From a virus (Duplodnaviria > Caudoviricetes): a stretch of 31,254 nucleotides of DNA. Made by a program: the position numbers and the translations under genes. The notes beneath the pieces were generated by a model. The model was not told the DNA's origin, made no database searches, and saw only the letters and a program-made list of their open reading frames with translations. Positions within the stretch are counted from its first letter, which is position 1. Each line of letters opens with the position of its first letter. Location: the IMG/VR virus record IMGVR_UViG_3300032320_001150, positions 1 to 31,254 of that record. One strand, written 5' to 3'. Shown here piece after piece: positions 23,565-31,254 of the stretch.

Positions 23565-26222
23565 TTGAGTTATGTAGATGCATTATATGATCGTGAACAT
23601 GATCGAATTCATATAGTAGAAAGAATTAACGGCGAGAGAGTTTATAAAGAATATCCTGCCGAGTATATCTTTTATTACAATGATCCAAGAGGCAAATTTA
23701 CATCAATTTACGGCACGCCGGTAGCTCGTTTCTCCACTCGCAATAGCAAAGAGTTTCGCAAGGAAGTAGCCATTCAAAAAGGCAAACAACTTTACGAATC
23801 GGATATCAATCCAATTTTTCGTTGTCTAGAAGAAAATTATAAAAATAAAGATGCTCCAGAACTTCATGCGGCATTCTTTGACATCGAAGTAGACTTTCAC
23901 AAGGAGAAAGGTTTTTCTCCTACGACCGATCCGTTTAATGCTATTACTGCTATTTCTGTTTACTTACAGTGGATGGAACAATTAGTTACTCTAGTTATTC
24001 CACCTAAACATATGAGTACAGCAACTGCCAAAGATATTGCTAAAGACTTTGAAAATTGTATTGTGTTTGATACAGAAGAAGATATGTGTAAAACATTCTT
24101 AGACTTAATTGAAGACGCAGACGTTATTTCTGGTTGGAACTCGGAAGGCTATGATATACCTTACACAATAAATCGTATTAAGCGAATACTATCAAAAGAT
24201 GATACACGCAGATTTTGCTTGTGGGGACAATTCCCTAAAGAACGCGAATTTGAACGTTACGGCGCTACTAGCACAACATATGATATAGTAGGTCGTGTAC
24301 ACATGGACTATATGCAACTATATCGTAAGTACACTTATGAAGAGCGTCACAGCTATTCATTAGATGCTATTGCCGAATATGAACTTGGCGAAAGTAAAAC
24401 TCAATACGAAGGTACCTTAGATCAGTTATATAACCAAGACTTTAAACAGTTTATTACATATAACAGACAAGATACATTATTGTTAGACAAATTAGATAAG
24501 AAATTACGATTCTTAGATTTAGCTAACGAATTAGCTCATGCTAATACTGTATTGTTAGCAACTACAATGGGTGCTGTGGCTGTAACTGAGCAAGCTATTA
24601 TTAACGAAGCACACGAGCGTGGACTTGTTGTACCTAACCGCAAACAAAGATTAACAGACGATGATACTGCGGCAGCTGGGGCATATGTAGCATATCCTAA
24701 GAAAGGTATACACGAATGGGTTGGTGCTGTTGACATTAATTCACTGTATCCTTCGGCAATTCGCGCTTTGAATATGGGAATGGAAACAGTTGTAGGTCAA
24801 CTTCGCCCTATTATGACTGACCGTTATATAAACGATATTGTAAACAAAGGTAAAACTTTTGCTGCGGCATGGGAAGGTATGTTTGCTACATTAGAGTATA
24901 CTGCTATAATGGAACAACAAAGGGGCACTGAAATTACCATAGATTGGCAAGATGATAGTAGCACAGTACATAGCGCCAGCGAGATATGGACTATGATCTT
25001 TGATAGCAATCAACCATGGATGTTGACTGCCAATGGTACTATTGTTACATATGAACGCAAAGGTGTAGTCCCGGGATTATTAGAGCGTTGGTATGCTGAA
25101 CGCAAAGAATTACAAGCTAATAAAAAATCAGCCAAAGATAAAAAAGAAGAAGCATTTTGGGATAAACGGCAATTAGTTAAAAAAATTAATTTGAATAGTT
25201 TATACGGCGCTATTTTAAATCCACATTGTCGTTTTTTTGATAAACGCATTGGGCAGTCAACCACACTAACAGGTCGTAGTATTGCTAAACATATGGCAGG
25301 CTATATTAACGAATGTGTATTTGGGGTTAAAGACCATTTGGGTGATGCTATTATCTACGGAGATACCGATTCTTGTTATTTCACTGCTTGGCCTGCTATT
25401 AAAGACGAAGTAGTAGCAGGAAATATGGAGTGGAGTAAAGAAACTTGTATTCAACTTTATGATAGTATTGCAGACCAAGTTAATGATTCGTTTCCAGCAT
25501 TTATGGAACAAGCATTTCATTGCCCAAGAGAAGCTGGGGAACTTATCAAAGCAGGCCGCGAACTTGTAGCATCTAATAGTTTGTTTATTACCAAGAAACG
25601 ATATGCTGTATTGATTTATGACTTAGAAAATAAACGACTTGATGTCGACGGTAGTCCAGGCAAGATTAAGGCAATGGGATTAGACTTAAAACGTTCAGAT
25701 ACTCCTAAAGTTATTCAAGACTTTTTAAGTGAAATATTGCAAAAAGTATTGACCGGCACCAATCGCGAAGAGATTGTGGAGCGTATTCGCGAATTTAAAT
25801 ATTCGTTTGCTGAAAGACCAGCATGGGAAAAAGGTACTCCCAAACGAGTTAATAATTTAACCAAATATGGTGCGGCCGAAGAACGCGAAGGTAAAGCAAA
25901 TATGCCAGGACATGTTCGTGCGGCACTTAATTGGAATAATATGCGCCGAATGAATGGCGACAATTACTCTATCGCTATAGTTGACGGCATGAAAACTATT
26001 GTGTGTAAATTAAAACCTAATCCATTAGGGTGGACAAGTATTGGTTACCCCACGGACGAGCAACGATTACCGGATTGGTTTAAAGAATTACCATTTGACG
26101 ATGCTTTAATGGAATCAACTATCGTAGATCAAAAGATCGATAATCTGTTAAGTGTTTTGGAGTGGGATTTGGCTGCAGCCACTAATACAGAAAATACCTT
26201 CCAGTCATTGTTTGAATTTTGA
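23565..26222 (+). CDS. Family B DNA polymerase (T4 gp43-like)
   Basis: Exonuclease motifs FFDIEVD, GWNSEGYDIPY and YNRQD; polymerase motifs DINSLYPS, KINLNSLYG, YGDTDS and KKRY; TTG start with GGAG SD 6 nt upstream. Confidence 0.97.
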   Translation: MSYVDALYDREHDRIHIVERINGERVYKEYPAEYIFYYNDPRGKFTSIYGTPVARFSTRNSKEFRKEVAIQKGKQLYESDINPIFRCLEENYKNKDAPELHAAFFDIEVDFHKEKGFSPTTDPFNAITAISVYLQWMEQLVTLVIPPKHMSTATAKDIAKDFENCIVFDTEEDMCKTFLDLIEDADVISGWNSEGYDIPYTINRIKRILSKDDTRRFCLWGQFPKEREFERYGATSTTYDIVGRVHMDYMQLYRKYTYEERHSYSLDAIAEYELGESKTQYEGTLDQLYNQDFKQFITYNRQDTLLLDKLDKKLRFLDLANELAHANTVLLATTMGAVAVTEQAIINEAHERGLVVPNRKQRLTDDDTAAAGAYVAYPKKGIHEWVGAVDINSLYPSAIRALNMGMETVVGQLRPIMTDRYINDIVNKGKTFAAAWEGMFATLEYTAIMEQQRGTEITIDWQDDSSTVHSASEIWTMIFDSNQPWMLTANGTIVTYERKGVVPGLLERWYAERKELQANKKSAKDKKEEAFWDKRQLVKKINLNSLYGAILNPHCRFFDKRIGQSTTLTGRSIAKHMAGYINECVFGVKDHLGDAIIYGDTDSCYFTAWPAIKDEVVAGNMEWSKETCIQLYDSIADQVNDSFPAFMEQAFHCPREAGELIKAGRELVASNSLFITKKRYAVLIYDLENKRLDVDGSPGKIKAMGLDLKRSDTPKVIQDFLSEILQKVLTGTNREEIVERIREFKYSFAERPAWEKGTPKRVNNLTKYGAAEEREGKANMPGHVRAALNWNNMRRMNGDNYSIAIVDGMKTIVCKLKPNPLGWTSIGYPTDEQRLPDWFKELPFDDALMESTIVDQKIDNLLSVLEWDLAAATNTENTFQSLFEF

Positions 26223-26246
26223 ATGGAAGAAAAAGTTTCAAAATCG

Positions 26247-26275
26247 TTGTAAAACCTAAATAAACCTGTTATACT
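26247..26275 (+). promoter_or_regulatory. Sigma70-type promoter with nested late motif
   Basis: TTGTAA (26247-26252), 17-nt spacer, extended -10 TGtTATACT (26267-26275); CTAAATA at 26256-26262 within the spacer. Confidence 0.65.
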
Positions 26276-26300
26276 AATAACATTACTTAAAGGAAATAAA

Positions 26301-27023
26301 ATGCGTGATCATCTATTAGACTTAGTTTCTCATACTTTTGACTTGGGCAGTATCGAACAAGTTCGTGTAGTTGGAACTGATACCGAAACAAAAATCTTTG
26401 GCAAAGCAGAGGATAATTCAATTGTTGTAGAAGGCACAACTATCAATCCAGTAGCCGAATTTATTGGCACATTTGGTATGCCTAACTTGGCTAAACTTAA
26501 AATTCTTCTAAACTTACAGGAGTATAAAGAATCTGCTACTTTGGCTATAAATCGCAGGGCAGATAATGCGCCAGATCAATTAAACTTTGTAAACAAAGCA
26601 GGTGACTTCAAAAATTCATATCGTTTTATGGCCGCCGAAGTTGCTAATGAAAAAATTAAAACTGTTAAATTCAAAGGTGTAAAATGGAACATTGAATTTG
26701 AACCAAGCGCAGCTGCTATTCAGCGTTTAAAGATGCAAGCTACCGCCAATAGCGAAGAAAATAATTTCCAAGTTAAAGTAGAAAACGGCGACTTAAAGTT
26801 CTTCTTCGGTGATCACTCTACACACGCTGGTAATTTTGTATTTGAACCAGGTGTGAAAGGCACACTTAATCGTTCGTGGAGTTGGCCAGTTAAAGCTGTT
26901 ATTGGTATTCTTGATTTGTATGGCGACAAAGTTATGCGTATCAGTGATGAAGGTGCGGCACAAATTGTTGTCGACACAGGCCTTGCTGTTTATTCCTATA
27001 TTCTCCCAGCACAATCTAAATAA
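26301..27023 (+). CDS. Probable DNA sliding clamp (gp45/PCNA-like)
   Basis: 240 aa, two-domain alternating beta/alpha pattern (FGMPNLAKLKILL; MRISDEGAAQIVV...YSYILPA), immediately after PolB. Call rests on size, pattern and synteny. Confidence 0.6.
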   Translation: MRDHLLDLVSHTFDLGSIEQVRVVGTDTETKIFGKAEDNSIVVEGTTINPVAEFIGTFGMPNLAKLKILLNLQEYKESATLAINRRADNAPDQLNFVNKAGDFKNSYRFMAAEVANEKIKTVKFKGVKWNIEFEPSAAAIQRLKMQATANSEENNFQVKVENGDLKFFFGDHSTHAGNFVFEPGVKGTLNRSWSWPVKAVIGILDLYGDKVMRISDEGAAQIVVDTGLAVYSYILPAQSK

Positions 27024-27026
27024 TAG

Positions 27027-28706
27027 ATGAGTCAAGATAATCTCACAGCCAAACAATCTGATTATGCTATCTTTTTGCCAGCATTGTCGGGATTCTACGG
27101 CACCTATATAGGCAAACAACGAGGTGGTCCTTATGTTCCACAATCGCGTATGCCTACTAACATCCAAGATATGGAAATGCTTAACTGGCTTAATAGTCAA
27201 AAAGGTTTGTTTACATACAAATGGTCGTTATATTCAGCAGGACACGCTAATTTAGATTTAACAAAGCAAGATTGGAATGAAGATATGATCCGCAATCGCG
27301 ATCGCACTAATACTTTTATCTTAGGCGACTCGGGTGGATTCCAGATTGGTAAAGGTGTATGGGAAGGCGAGTGGCGCGATCCTAACGGACCAGAAGTAAA
27401 AGCTAAAATGGCAGAAGCTATGGCTAAAGGTATTGAACACGTTCCAGCATTAAAACCAGACGGCACTCCTAAGCATGATAAAAATGGTAATATAAAATAT
27501 ACTAAAATTGATCATGTAAAAGAATATCAAGCGAAGTTAAATGCGGCACAAAAAAAGCGTGAAGCAGTTCTTGCTTGGATGGACGGTATTATGGATTATG
27601 GTATGGTACTTGATATCCCGGCTTGGGTTGAGCGTAGTCCAGCAGGTCGCAAAGCAACTGGTATCGAATCTTATCAGCAAGCAGTCGAAGCTACAAAATA
27701 TAATAACGAATATTTTATTAAACATCGCAATGGCAACTGTAAGTTCTTAAATGTTTTACAAGGTGAGAATCACGCACAAGCAGAAGACTGGTACCAACAA
27801 ATGAAGGACTTCTGTGATCCAAACATTTATGGCAACAAAGCATTTAATGGCTGGGCCATGGGTGGGCAGAATATGTGTGATGTAGATTTAGTATTACGAA
27901 GATTAGTAGCTCTAAAGTTTGACGGATTGTTACAAGAAGGCAAACAGGATTGGATGCACTTCTTAGGCACAAGTAAATTAGAGTGGGCACTATTATTAAC
28001 AGATATTCAAAGAGCTGTACGGAAATATGTAAATCCTAGTTTTACAATTAGTTTTGACTGTGCGAGCCCATTCTTAGCTACTGCTAACGGACAGGTATAT
28101 CATCAAATTGATATTAAGGATCGGGATAAATGGTGTTATCGTATGAGTGCTATTGTCGACGATAAAAAATATGCTCGAGATACACGCAAATTTAGTGATG
28201 CTGTACTACAAGATGGATTGATTCATCACTTTGATGATAGCCCAGTAAGTAATAACTTGGAAATTAAAGATATTTGTGTCTATGCTCCAGGCGACCTAAA
28301 TAAAATAGGTAAAGAAGGTAAAACATCGTGGGATTCATTCTCTTACGCATTATTAATGAGTCATAATGTTTGGTTACATTTAGAATCTGTTCAAAAAGCT
28401 AACCGCGAATATGATAGTGGGAAATGCCCAGGTATGTTAGTCGATGAAAGATTTGATACTGTTTACTTTAAAGATGTAGTAGAAGCTATATTTGCTGCTC
28501 CAGATAAAGAAACTGCTATTGCTATTATTGATATGTACGATAAATTTTGGCAAAGTATTATTGGTACTCGCGGTGCTACTGGTAAGAAAACTGTTAACGC
28601 AAGTACTATGTTTAATAGCTTGTTTGAAGCAGAAGAAGAGGAACATCCTGTCGATGATTCTGGATTAGACGAAACCAAATTGGATCAATTAGAAAACGAA
28701 GTATGA
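27027..28706 (+). CDS. TGT-fold guanine transglycosylase (DpdA-like)
   Basis: TGT motifs in order: GDSGGFQ, MVLDIP, LNVLQG, GWAMGG, HFLG, ISFDCASP; no C-terminal CxCxxC Zn site; QueD-like gene downstream. Confidence 0.8.
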   Translation: MSQDNLTAKQSDYAIFLPALSGFYGTYIGKQRGGPYVPQSRMPTNIQDMEMLNWLNSQKGLFTYKWSLYSAGHANLDLTKQDWNEDMIRNRDRTNTFILGDSGGFQIGKGVWEGEWRDPNGPEVKAKMAEAMAKGIEHVPALKPDGTPKHDKNGNIKYTKIDHVKEYQAKLNAAQKKREAVLAWMDGIMDYGMVLDIPAWVERSPAGRKATGIESYQQAVEATKYNNEYFIKHRNGNCKFLNVLQGENHAQAEDWYQQMKDFCDPNIYGNKAFNGWAMGGQNMCDVDLVLRRLVALKFDGLLQEGKQDWMHFLGTSKLEWALLLTDIQRAVRKYVNPSFTISFDCASPFLATANGQVYHQIDIKDRDKWCYRMSAIVDDKKYARDTRKFSDAVLQDGLIHHFDDSPVSNNLEIKDICVYAPGDLNKIGKEGKTSWDSFSYALLMSHNVWLHLESVQKANREYDSGKCPGMLVDERFDTVYFKDVVEAIFAAPDKETAIAIIDMYDKFWQSIIGTRGATGKKTVNASTMFNSLFEAEEEEHPVDDSGLDETKLDQLENEV

Positions 28707-29581
28707 AAAGTCTTATAGTAGGCATGGGCATTGGTAACTTATATAAAGATGTACTTACCAAACTCGGTCACGATATTGTTACAGTCGACATGGATCCAGC
28801 TAAACACGCCGACTATACAGATATAGTAACCGCTTTAGTCGAACATCCATGTTTTAATACCGCACATATTTGTACGCCAAACTTTACACATGAAACTGTT
28901 GCTCGCCAAATAGCCGAGCATTGCCGTATTGTTTTTATTGAAAAGCCCGGGGTCGAATCAGAATTGGCTTGGTTTAAATTAACTCAAAACTATCCCAATA
29001 CACGTTTTATGATGGTTAAGAATAATATGTGGCGTAATAATATTGCTGAATTAACGGCTTCGGCTAGTATAGCCAAAATAGTTAACATCCGCTGGATTAG
29101 ACGAAATTGTATTCCGCATCCGGGTTCCTGGTTTACTACACGCAAGTTAGCCTATGGTGGTGTTAGTCGTGATTTAATGCCCCATTTATTAAGTTTATAT
29201 ATTGCCATGAATCCCGACTGGGAACAAGAGCCAATAACTAGTAAATCAGCAATATCATTTTGGCAATTAAAAGATATTGATAGTACAGAGTACGGAATAG
29301 TAAATTATCAAGGTACATATGATGTAGATGACCAATGCCATATTGATTTTGGCGATAAATGGGCTTGTCTAGCCGATTGGCGTAGTATGAATCAAGAAGA
29401 TAGTTCTATCGAATTTATCTTCCAAGATAAAAGTTTATTAAGATTTGAATTGGGATGGTGCCCAGAAGAAGCATATCATAACATGATTGTTGATGCTATT
29501 AAAAATATCGATGATACAAATTTTTGGAATAATCAAATTAAACAGGATCTTTGGATTCACAAACAAATAGAGTCTTTATGA
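28703..29581 (+). CDS. Gfo/Idh/MocA family NAD(P)-dependent oxidoreductase
   Basis: IVGMGIG, HICTPNFTH, FIEKPG and GGVSRDLMPH motifs; ATGA overlap with the TGT-like gene. Confidence 0.88.
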   Translation: MKSLIVGMGIGNLYKDVLTKLGHDIVTVDMDPAKHADYTDIVTALVEHPCFNTAHICTPNFTHETVARQIAEHCRIVFIEKPGVESELAWFKLTQNYPNTRFMMVKNNMWRNNIAELTASASIAKIVNIRWIRRNCIPHPGSWFTTRKLAYGGVSRDLMPHLLSLYIAMNPDWEQEPITSKSAISFWQLKDIDSTEYGIVNYQGTYDVDDQCHIDFGDKWACLADWRSMNQEDSSIEFIFQDKSLLRFELGWCPEEAYHNMIVDAIKNIDDTNFWNNQIKQDLWIHKQIESL

Positions 29582-30468
29582 GAACACGAATTTTATATAC
29601 AGATGGCATGGGTAAATTTGTAGAAACAGGATGGGTTAAACCAGAAATTATAGATGATGAAATTGAAGTCAAAACAATATTGACAGGAGTTTGTCGCTCT
29701 GACATTGATATGATGATGGGTAATTTTGGACCATTACCTATTGAAATGAGTGGGCATGAAGGGATAGGTCAAGTTACACGAGTAGGAAAAAATATTGTTG
29801 ATGTGAAAATAGGCGATTATGTAGCTACTAGGGGCGAACCAGCATACGCAGATTATTATAATGTCAAACAAAAAGAATTTGTTCGTATCCCCAATCCTGA
29901 TCCCAAATACATAATAGAACCTGTAGCATGTGGTATTAATTTGATTAGACAAGCACAGCAAGAAATTGATAAGAGACCTGGAAACATATTAATTTTAGGA
30001 AGTGGATTTTTAGCATATGTCGCATATAGAACTTTATTACTTGACAAAGTAAACAACAGTATTGATGTAGTTGGAAATAGCAATCGAGATATATGGGACA
30101 ATACTTTACAACAAACTATTCCAAATAAAAAATATGATATTGTTATTGATTTAAATAGCAGCACAGATGTATTTGATAAAGATATATTAAACAATCAAGC
30201 CCTTATAGTTTTTGGCGCTCAAAAGAAAGTAACTACAGATTTTGCTAATTTACTTTGGAAAGCCTGTACAATGGTATTCCCAAGCCCCCGAAATCCAGAA
30301 TTTATATATTGTATGAAAAAAGCTGTATATTGGATCGAGTCTGGACATCTTAATGTTGACAAATTCTGGTCTAAGTGTTATAATCGTAATACAGATTGGC
30401 AACAAGCGTTTGCGGATGGTAAGGACCGTCCAAACGGTTATAGTAGGGGTTACATCAAATGGGACTAA
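29578..30468 (+). CDS. Zn-dependent medium-chain (sugar/polyol) dehydrogenase
   Basis: TGVCRSD, GHEGIG, IEPVACG and ILGSGFLA; lacks the four-Cys structural Zn lobe; start reassigned to ATG 29578 (ATGA overlap). Confidence 0.85.
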   Translation: MRTRILYTDGMGKFVETGWVKPEIIDDEIEVKTILTGVCRSDIDMMMGNFGPLPIEMSGHEGIGQVTRVGKNIVDVKIGDYVATRGEPAYADYYNVKQKEFVRIPNPDPKYIIEPVACGINLIRQAQQEIDKRPGNILILGSGFLAYVAYRTLLLDKVNNSIDVVGNSNRDIWDNTLQQTIPNKKYDIVIDLNSSTDVFDKDILNNQALIVFGAQKKVTTDFANLLWKACTMVFPSPRNPEFIYCMKKAVYWIESGHLNVDKFWSKCYNRNTDWQQAFADGKDRPNGYSRGYIKWD

Positions 30469-30977
30469 ACACTAAAGAACGACAAGGTGTCGTTTATTTT
30501 ACAGGGTACGAAGTCGAACATACTATTTGTCACGGTATGTTTACATTGTTTGTTGTAGGTACACCTCCCATCAAAGAAATTCTTAAAAAAGCTAAAGAAG
30601 CTAATGTAAAACATATCTATTTTGGCACTAGTCAAAGTTTCAATCCCGAAGCTATTACAACTGAAGAATACAAACCTTGGGATGATGTAATTATAGGTTG
30701 TCTAAAAAAAGACTACTGGGTTACTTTAGACTTTGGTGTTGAACACATTGAAGGTGTATTAGAATCTGCTTATAATGAGTATCCTCGCTTTGTCCCTATG
30801 ATTAGTGTCAAGCTACCTTACATTAATCAACTCAACTATAACGCCACACTTAAACTGGATGACCGAACTTGGGGTGCTACAAATCCAGGTGTGTGGACGC
30901 ACCAACTCAACGAATTAATGACTAAAGACAAATATACCCACTGGGATCAATATACCCAAGATGAGGAAATTAAATAA
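30459..30977 (+). CDS. Hypothetical protein in the modification operon
   Basis: Overlaps both neighbours; FTGYEVEHT, HIYFG and ATNPGVW segments; no family recognised. Confidence 0.7.
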   Translation: MGLNTKERQGVVYFTGYEVEHTICHGMFTLFVVGTPPIKEILKKAKEANVKHIYFGTSQSFNPEAITTEEYKPWDDVIIGCLKKDYWVTLDFGVEHIEGVLESAYNEYPRFVPMISVKLPYINQLNYNATLKLDDRTWGATNPGVWTHQLNELMTKDKYTHWDQYTQDEEIK

Positions 30978-31254
30978 TGGAACAGCAAAGACAACAAGCA
31001 TTGGCAGAGCAAGCTAATCGTATTATGGAAAAAGCAGAGCGTAAAATTTGGGTTACTTTTCGCAAAGAAGGAATTCATAAATATCCAGCAGCGGCCACAG
31101 ATCCTAACTTGTGTACCGCAGGAGAGTATGATGTATCGTTTCTTGCTAGTCCTCATAGGCACATTTTTCATTTCCGGGTGTGGATCGATGTGTTCCACAA
31201 TGACCGGGACATCGAGTTCATCCAGTTCAAACGATGGCTCGAGTCGCTGTATAG
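30977..31254 (+). CDS. QueD/PTPS-like T-fold protein (3'-truncated, not in ORF track)
   Basis: TAATG overlap; MEQQRQQALAEQANRIMEKAERKIWVTFRKEGIHKYPAAA...SPHRHIFHFRVWIDVFHNDRDIEFIQFKRWLESLY, with the H...HxH metal-ligand pattern of 6-carboxytetrahydropterin synthase-like proteins; open to the window end. Confidence 0.6.
   Translation, partial: MEQQRQQALAEQANRIMEKAERKIWVTFRKEGIHKYPAAATDPNLCTAGEYDVSFLASPHRHIFHFRVWIDVFHNDRDIEFIQFKRWLESLY

Noticed and set aside
24760-25070. Long segment between PolB motifs A and B as a possible intein or intron
   Set aside because: No C/S...HN splice junctions or LAGLIDADG motifs; the frame is continuous.
27017-27022. TAAATA at 27017 and 30971 (also 5443, 10463) as late promoters
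   Set aside because: They overlap TAA stop codons in AT-rich sequence and can arise by chance; not annotated separately.
27027-28706. Canonical bacterial tRNA-guanine transglycosylase (tgt)
   Set aside because: Much longer, lacks the CxCxxC...H Zn site and sits in the DNA replication operon. Gene symbol withheld; tRNA activity is not formally excluded.
1-31254. Alternative genetic code or stop-codon reassignment
   Set aside because: Conserved genes are full-length under code 11, and TAA, TGA and TAG all end genes at sensible positions.

Overview
This window is a gene-dense, AT-rich segment of a large, tailed dsDNA bacteriophage with T4-like features. All supported genes are on the + strand. 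Spanin-like genes imply a Gram-negative host. Gene order: (1) 5'-truncated long tail-fibre gene; (2) lysis/membrane cluster with a GH19 endolysin, Rz-like gene with an embedded Rz1-like lipoprotein, a second lipoprotein, a holin-like gene and two small membrane/secreted proteins; (3) DnaJ and ClpA, each behind a sigma70-type promoter; (4) a ~12 kb block with TAAATA late-promoter-like motifs whose proteins often start with a T4 capsid-targeting-like peptide (MKAxEFxxE etc.) and appear built of modules joined by [ILVM]-x-E linkers, carrying nucleotidyltransferase, HEXXH peptidase, GP88-like, deaminase, ParB+kinase-like, GNAT and KOW modules, plus Dps and a flavodoxin-like protein; (5) a candidate multi-stem ncRNA; (6) family B DNA polymerase, probable sliding clamp, a TGT/DpdA-like transglycosylase, two NAD(P)-dependent dehydrogenases, a hypothetical gene and a 3'-truncated QueD-like gene. 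The two best candidates for undescribed systems are a possibly clamp-tethered 7-deazaguanine DNA hypermodification pathway with sugar/cyclitol-type dehydrogenases, and a set of protease-processed polyprotein enzyme cargoes that may be packaged in the capsid. No tRNA, rRNA, CRISPR array or mobile element was seen. All family assignments come from motif recognition by eye; no database searches were run.
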